64,000 bases of DNA from Candidatus Saccharimonadia bacterium (GTDB lineage Bacteria; Patescibacteriota; Saccharimonadia; Saccharimonadales; JALRHH01), in NCBI GenBank assembly GCA_023253175.1, contig JALRHH010000002.1, forward strand, positions 320,199 to 384,198. The letters are read 5' to 3'. Made by a program: the position numbers and the translations under genes. Within the stretch, counting starts at the first letter, position 1. Each line of letters begins with the position of its first letter. Of this stretch, positions 56,770 to 64,000 are shown in pieces. The notes under the pieces were generated by a model, which saw only the letters and a program-made list of their open reading frames with translations, did no database searches and was not told the DNA's origin.

Positions 56770-59319
56770 ATGGCAGACGAACAGAACATTCCAGAAGAAA
56801 ACATCTCGCGTGCTAACGTAGATGATTTTGAAGTAACAACCTTCGATCACTCTCGCATTGTTGAGGGTCGTACTGTCGAAAACGTAATGGAGGACAGCTA
56901 CCTTCGTTACTCTATGTCAGTTATTGTGTCTCGTGCACTTCCTGATGTGCGTGACGGACTAAAGCCAGTGCATCGTCGTATTCTCTACACGATGAACCGC
57001 GATGGCCTGCGAAGCAGCAGCAAGCACCGTAAGTCAGCAACCGTTATTGGTGCGGTGATGGGTGATTACCACCCGCACGGTGACTCATCTATCTATGACG
57101 CGATGGTACGTATGGCCCAGGACTGGTCAATGCGCTACATGCTCGTGAACGGGCAGGGTAACTTCGGTTCAATGGACGGAGATCCACCAGCGGCAATGCG
57201 TTATACCGAGGCTAAGATGGCCCGTATCGCCGAAGAAATCTTGACTGATATCGATAAGGAAACGGTAGATTTCCGTGAGAACTATGACGGCCGTCTTATG
57301 GAGCCGTCGGTGCTCCCAGCTAAGCTGCCAAACCTTCTTTTGAATGGTCAGCTTGGTATCGCCGTCGGTATGGCGACAAATATTCCGCCGCACAACCTGA
57401 CCGAGCTTCTTGATGCAACAATCACACAGATCAAAAATCCAGAAGCGACACTCGATGACCTACTTGAATTTGTAAAGGGTCCTGATTTCCCAACGGGTGG
57501 TACGGTGTATGGACGTGACTCAATTCGAACTGCGTACGCAACTGGCCGTGGTGGTGTTGTAGTACGTGGCTCTGCTGAAGTTATTGAGGGAGCAAAGGGT
57601 AGATCGCAGATTGTCATTACTGAGATACCATACGCTGTGAACAAAGAAGGGCTTGTTGTTAAGATCGCTGACCTTGTAAACGACAAAAAGATTACCGGTG
57701 TTCGCGACATTCGCGATGAGAGTTCACGCGGTACGGTTCGTATCGTAATTGACCTTAAAAAGGACGCATATCCAAAGAAGCTTCTGAATCAGCTCTATAA
57801 ACTGACCCCGCTTCAACAGACGTTCCACTACAACATGTTGGCGCTTGTCGACGGTATCCAGCCCCGTATTCTTGGTCTCCAGGACATCATCAAAGAGCAC
57901 ATTAAGCACCGTCAGGCTGTGGTTCGCCGCCGTACTGAGTTCGAGCTTCGTAAGGCAAAAGAGCGCGCTCATATCTTAGAGGGTCTTAAGATTGCACTTG
58001 ATAATATCGATGAAGTAATCAACACGATTCGTTCAAGTGAAACGACTGAAGAAGCTCAGAAGAACCTCATGGCGAAGTTCAAGCTGTCAGAGATTCAGGC
58101 GCGTGCAATCCTTGCGATGCAGCTTCGAACACTGGCTGGTCTGGAGCGCAAGAAGATCGAGGATGAGCTCGCAGAGCTGCTTAAGACGATTGCTGAACTT
58201 GAAGCAATCCTTGCCGATGAGCAGAAGATTCTGGCAATTATTGCCGAAGAGTTCGAAGAAATTAAGAAGGCATACGGTGATGAGCGTCGTACCCGTGTGG
58301 TGCCGCAAGAACTTGGTAAGCTTGGTGATGAAGACCTGATCCCAGACGAGCAAGTTGCAGTGACACTAACATCTGCGAACTACATCAAGCGTAGTTCAGT
58401 TGCTGAATACAAGAAGCAAAACAGGGGTGGTAAGGGCCGCCGCGGTATGGCTACCCGTGAAGAAGACGTCATTGAGCACATGGTCAATGCAAGTACGCAT
58501 GACTTCCTATTGTTCTTTACGAACAAGGGACGTGTCTTCCGTCTGAAGACGTATGAAGTGCCAGCTGCGAGCCTTAGTGCCAAGGGTGTTGCACTCGTGA
58601 ACTTACTTCAGCTTCAACCAGAAGAGACTGTAAGTTCGGTTATTAATGTGAGTAAGCAAAACGCTGCGGCAAACCTACTTATGTGTACGGTTCGTGGTGT
58701 CGTTAAGAAGACTCCGTTCGAACAGTATAAGAACGTCCGTTCAAGTGGTCTTATCGCAATCAATCTTGATGAAGGTGATGAGCTGAAGTGGATTCGCATG
58801 ACAACAGGCGACAACGAGGTTGTTATCTCTACATCTCAGGGTCAGGCGATCCGCTTCCACGAAAAGGACGCGCGTCCAATGGGCCGTGTGTCACGTGGTG
58901 TGCGTGGTATTCGTCTCCGCACAGACGATAACGTGATTGGCATGGATGTCGTAGAAAAGGACACTAGCATCTTCGTGATCAGTGACCAGGGTTACGGCAA
59001 GCGAACCAAGGTATCTCAGTTTACGGCTCATGCTCGTGGTGGTGTTGGTATCCGTTCTGCGGTTGTAAACGCTAAGACTGGTGCACTTGTCGGCGTGAAG
59101 GCGCTTGGTGGGGATGATTCACAAGAGGTGATTATTATCTCTAAGAATGGCCAGACGATTCGCCTTGGACTCAAAGATATTCCGGAGCTGGGCCGTGCAA
59201 CGCAGGGTGTCCGTATCATGCGTCTTAATGACGGCGACCGTGTTGTATCACTTGCGCTCGTAGACAAGGCAGAAGAGATCGAAGAGGATGACGACACCGA
59301 AGCTGCACCAGCAGCCTAA
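56770..59319 (+). CDS. gyrA: DNA gyrase subunit A
   Basis: RALPDVRDGLKPVHRR, YHPHGD, AAMRYTE; GyrA-box QNRGGKG. Confidence 0.98.
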   Translation: MADEQNIPEENISRANVDDFEVTTFDHSRIVEGRTVENVMEDSYLRYSMSVIVSRALPDVRDGLKPVHRRILYTMNRDGLRSSSKHRKSATVIGAVMGDYHPHGDSSIYDAMVRMAQDWSMRYMLVNGQGNFGSMDGDPPAAMRYTEAKMARIAEEILTDIDKETVDFRENYDGRLMEPSVLPAKLPNLLLNGQLGIAVGMATNIPPHNLTELLDATITQIKNPEATLDDLLEFVKGPDFPTGGTVYGRDSIRTAYATGRGGVVVRGSAEVIEGAKGRSQIVITEIPYAVNKEGLVVKIADLVNDKKITGVRDIRDESSRGTVRIVIDLKKDAYPKKLLNQLYKLTPLQQTFHYNMLALVDGIQPRILGLQDIIKEHIKHRQAVVRRRTEFELRKAKERAHILEGLKIALDNIDEVINTIRSSETTEEAQKNLMAKFKLSEIQARAILAMQLRTLAGLERKKIEDELAELLKTIAELEAILADEQKILAIIAEEFEEIKKAYGDERRTRVVPQELGKLGDEDLIPDEQVAVTLTSANYIKRSSVAEYKKQNRGGKGRRGMATREEDVIEHMVNASTHDFLLFFTNKGRVFRLKTYEVPAASLSAKGVALVNLLQLQPEETVSSVINVSKQNAAANLLMCTVRGVVKKTPFEQYKNVRSSGLIAINLDEGDELKWIRMTTGDNEVVISTSQGQAIRFHEKDARPMGRVSRGVRGIRLRTDDNVIGMDVVEKDTSIFVISDQGYGKRTKVSQFTAHARGGVGIRSAVVNAKTGALVGVKALGGDDSQEVIIISKNGQTIRLGLKDIPELGRATQGVRIMRLNDGDRVVSLALVDKAEEIEEDDDTEAAPAA

Positions 59320-59331
59320 GTAATCCCCAAA

Positions 59332-59369
59332 AAACACCCCGAGTATATATCGTAGATAGCTCGGGGTGT
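59332..59369 (+). terminator. Hairpin after gyrA
   Basis: AACACCCCGAG ... CTCGGGGTGTT. Confidence 0.7.
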
Positions 59370-59510
59370 TCTATTTGTAGCCCATGCAGCATTAAGAGTT
59401 TACTTTCCATAAGAGGTATCACCCCTGTGCAGATAATGAGAATTAGGGTCATCACAGCTCTATCTGAAATGCTGTAATTAAAATTACAGCATTTATGGGA
59501 ACTTTTATTC

Positions 59511-59539
59511 TTGACACTTCTCTAGCTAACAGGTAAGAT
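59511..59539 (+). promoter_or_regulatory. 16S rRNA promoter
   Basis: TTGACA-17bp-TAAGAT. Confidence 0.75.
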
Positions 59540-59754
59540 AATCAAAGTTTGTTGCGAGGTTTCTATTAGATTGTCTCTAACCAAGGGAGATCGTAGCGAG
59601 CGTGAACGTTAAAAATTTTTATAGTGCAAATCAACGTCAGTTCAACAAGTAATACTATGTATTACGATGAACTATATGTTTAACACACGTGGCCTTGAAA
59701 TAGAGGTCACAACAGTAAAGTCAGATTCTGACTAAGCTAAGTGAACAAGTTCTT

Positions 59755-61258
<1,504 letters not shown>

Positions 61259-61417
61259 TAGGGAGAAAACTAGCAGTTAGCGGAGCAATCTCTAACGAGC
61301 TAGGTCGATCTTGGTAGATCATTGTCAGTACTGATGATTTACATTTCCAACATCGTTGGACGAGATTCCAGAACTGAAAACCGACCTGATGTTGATTGCA
61401 CTATAAAAGTTTTTAAC

Positions 61418-61447
61418 AAAAAACACCCGAGTAATCGGGTGTTTTTT
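61418..61447 (+). terminator. Terminator directly after 16S rRNA
   Basis: AAAAAACACCCGA-gtaa-TCGGGTGTTTTTT. Confidence 0.88.
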
Positions 61448-61479
61448 ATTCTATTGGTATAAGTTATTATCTTAGTAGT

Positions 61480-62505
61480 ATGCAGCATGAATCTCAAAAC
61501 AAAAATAATATAATCGTCAATACTATCCCAGCAAATGTTAAAAAAAATGTTTTTGATGCATATATTGCATTGGGTATTGGGCTGGTCGTAGGAGCGCCTT
61601 TACTCGTCCTTGCCATTTTTATCGGCATTTCTCAAATAGGTGCTTCATCTTATGGCCCTCAGGTTGATATTCTTGCAAGCGTTTCGTTTGTAGCAACTGC
61701 CATAGTGTCTGCCTTCATATTTTACAGAAAAGCTCGTTCTGTAAGATACGCACCATGGATTTTTTTGCTCGCTATCAGCCATTCTGTAATTATTTCTTTT
61801 TTGGTGACAACATTTACTGCCTGGCTTACCGCTCCACTCCATGTAGATAATCTACTATTTTCGGCTATCCTCGGCGGAAAATTTATGGCGTCACTGATGC
61901 TTGCTGTTTTGATTTTTGTATTCGGCCTACTCATATATTGTCTGGCTTCTTTATCGAATAAAGCGCGCCGCGAATATACCTTGATCACTCTTGTAATATT
62001 AACTATTTTAGCTGGGGTAGGTTTTGTATACGCGGGTCACCCCTCACAAAGCTCAATATTTAATGAAGACAGTTTGAGACTCAGAGCAGATACTGCTACG
62101 GTTGAAAAAGCTCCCTTCCAGATATACGCTCCTTCTCATGACACAGGATATACGTTTAAGGGAATTACAACTCCTGCCGCAGTTAGTGAGCGTACTTATA
62201 TTGGCTTATCTTTCCAGAAGGGTAAGAGCAAACAAGCTAAAATCACTCTTGAGCAGCAGGATTTTAAGTCAGTGAGTGCGTTCGATCTACAACCTTTAGA
62301 GGATTATCGCGGTAACGTGATAGCAGGGCTGTATGGAGAACGCAGTGGAGAATCATCAGGCTATACGAAAATCGCTACAAGAAAAGGTGACACTTATGTT
62401 GCGATTATCCAGTATCCAAGTATTTCAGTTATTGTTGCTCAATCTATATTTGATTCTTTGGAACCTGTTGTGAACAACAGGCTTAATAACTCGAGTGGTC
62501 AATAG
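61480..62505 (+). CDS. Hypothetical multi-TM membrane protein between 16S and 23S
   Basis: 341 aa; ~5 TM plus soluble C-domain; AT-rich. Confidence 0.8.
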   Translation: MQHESQNKNNIIVNTIPANVKKNVFDAYIALGIGLVVGAPLLVLAIFIGISQIGASSYGPQVDILASVSFVATAIVSAFIFYRKARSVRYAPWIFLLAISHSVIISFLVTTFTAWLTAPLHVDNLLFSAILGGKFMASLMLAVLIFVFGLLIYCLASLSNKARREYTLITLVILTILAGVGFVYAGHPSQSSIFNEDSLRLRADTATVEKAPFQIYAPSHDTGYTFKGITTPAAVSERTYIGLSFQKGKSKQAKITLEQQDFKSVSAFDLQPLEDYRGNVIAGLYGERSGESSGYTKIATRKGDTYVAIIQYPSISVIVAQSIFDSLEPVVNNRLNNSSGQ

Positions 62506-62549
62506 GTAGTCCTTATAAATAAAAACCACCGGTTACGGTGGAATAAGTT

Positions 62550-62626
62550 TGGTGGGCGATGGTGGACTCGAACCACCGACCTCTACATTATCAGTGTAGC
62601 GCTCTAACCAGCTGAGCTAAACGCCC
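62550..62626 (-). tRNA. tRNA-Ile(GAT)
   Basis: Cloverleaf; anticodon GAT; CCA end. Confidence 0.96.
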
Positions 62627-62730
62627 TCATGATCCCGAAGGGAAAAGAGCAGGTCAGTTTAGTCGCTTGCGACTCGGCTTTGCCGACTGACCGATGAGAA
62701 AAACCGTAGGTTTGTCTCATATTTGTAATC

Positions 62731-62807
62731 TGGTGGAGCGTCGGGGACTCGAACCCCGGACCCCCTGCTTGCAAAGCAGGTGCTCTAGCCAACTGAGCTA
62801 ACGCCCC
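62731..62807 (-). tRNA. tRNA-Ala(TGC)
   Basis: Cloverleaf; anticodon TGC; CCA end. Confidence 0.96.
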
Positions 62808-62918
62808 AGATTTACTCGGATAATTCTACACAAAAAACAGAGATAAAACAACCCCCTTCTTTGTATTATGATATAGTATGTTTACTGGTGGGTGTAATTG
62901 TAACTAAGGGGAATTATT

Positions 62919-63206
62919 ATGCCAGAAATATATGCAGCAGAACGAAGAGAGTCGATCCAACGAGAAGTGAGGGCTGCGGCAGTAAAAGAAGCTGCTCGAT
63001 TAGCCGTGCGATCTATGGATGCTGCCGCTCCAATACAGATGCGTGAGTTTATTGATCAGGTCGAGGATGATGTTATAGGGGTTTTTGGTCAGATGGGACA
63101 GCCTGAACTTAGTATAGACGCAGGCAGAGACGCTATGTTCTACATGCTGAACAAGGGTGAACTCTCATTTAATGGTGAGTTTATGCTTCAAAGAGTTGAT
63201 CAATAA
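62919..63206 (+). CDS. Small hypothetical protein
   Basis: 95-aa ORF with SD AAGGGG. Confidence 0.6.
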   Translation: MPEIYAAERRESIQREVRAAAVKEAARLAVRSMDAAAPIQMREFIDQVEDDVIGVFGQMGQPELSIDAGRDAMFYMLNKGELSFNGEFMLQRVDQ

Positions 63207-63245
63207 CAGGGGTGATAGTATAGCAACTTTTACATCATTATATGC

Positions 63246-63274
63246 TTGACCACCTCTGTTTAAATTGGTATGAT
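63246..63274 (+). promoter_or_regulatory. Separate 23S rRNA promoter
   Basis: TTGACC-17bp-TATGAT. Confidence 0.7.
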
Positions 63275-63555
63275 TATTGGGCTATGTTGAGTTTAGGTCA
63301 CTGCTAGACGGTTACCGCCAAGCGAGAAACGTAAACTCAACCTCTACAGCAGCAAGTGAGTCAAAGATGGGTAATCTTTTTACTTGTGTAGAGATATGAG
63401 TTTGTAACTTAACAATTAGGTAGAAATATTTTGAGATTTAAGACAAACGGCATTAACGTTATTGGTAATACCAATAACTAGTCAATTTGTACTTTCAATT
63501 TGTCTCTAGTAATTATACTCGCACTTTGTGCTCGTATATTGACTAGAGCAATATC

Positions 63556-64000
63556 GTAAAAAGTTACTCAAGCGCACACAAGGGATGCCTTGACGCAATA
63601 TACCGATGAAGGACGTAGGGAGCTGCGATAAGCTTCGGGGAGCTGCTAACCAAGCTTTGAACCGAAGATTTCCGAATGGGGAAACCCGGCTAGAGTCATG
63701 TCTAGTCACTCTTATCTGAACACATAGGATAAGCAGCGGTAAGTGGGGGAACTGAAACATCTTAGTACCCCGAGGAAAAGAAAGTAAACAACGATTCCGG
63801 CAGTAGTGGCGAGCGACCCCGGATGAGCCCAAACCTTTTAAGTTTTTGCCTGCAAACGTATTTGCCAAATCTGTTACTTCGGTACCAGTGCAGCGATACG
63901 CGAGTGGCAAATAAGTTGGTAGACGAATATTTAAAAGGGGTTGTGACATGGTAAACAACCATGACGGAGTTCTGGATTTATCCAGATATCCGTTTTGGAA
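63556..64000 (+). rRNA. rrl: 23S rRNA (5' part; runs out of the window)
   Basis: GGATGCCTTG, GATGAAGGACG, CCGAATGGGGAAACC, GAACTGAAACATCTTAGTA. Confidence 0.97.

Overview
Chromosomal segment of a Candidatus Saccharibacteria (TM7, Patescibacteria/CPR) bacterium, identified from TM7-type 16S signatures and CPR-typical gene content. Housekeeping content: ftsK (5' truncated), rpsF-rpsR, ssb, efp, tlyA, ychF, a Xer recombinase, ndk, nrdR, thrS with a T-box, miaA, rpmB, RNase P RNA, infC-rpmI-rplT, comM and gyrB-gyrA. It also holds a complete secretin-less type IV pilus locus (pilM-N-O-P-B-T-C-A-D plus 4 minor pilins and an upstream adhesin-like gene), a VirD4/VirB4-like ATPase, 7 tRNAs, and a split rRNA locus (16S / ORF / inverted tRNA-Ile and tRNA-Ala / ORF / 23S). 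The most notable observation is a stand-alone actinobacterial-type Pup gene (C-terminal GGQ) with no pupylation machinery nearby, in a lineage whose cultured members live on Actinobacteria. Other highlights: three tandem 2H phosphoesterases; a dispersed repeat inside duplicated tRNA T-loops; an ultrashort-Stem-I Thr T-box; several promoter-to-terminator units without long ORFs (candidate ncRNAs); pervasive leaderless gene starts; a GC-rich secreted-protein gene with a long hairpin; and a PCD-RNase HI fusion. All calls are by-eye motif recognition; no searches or folding programs were run.
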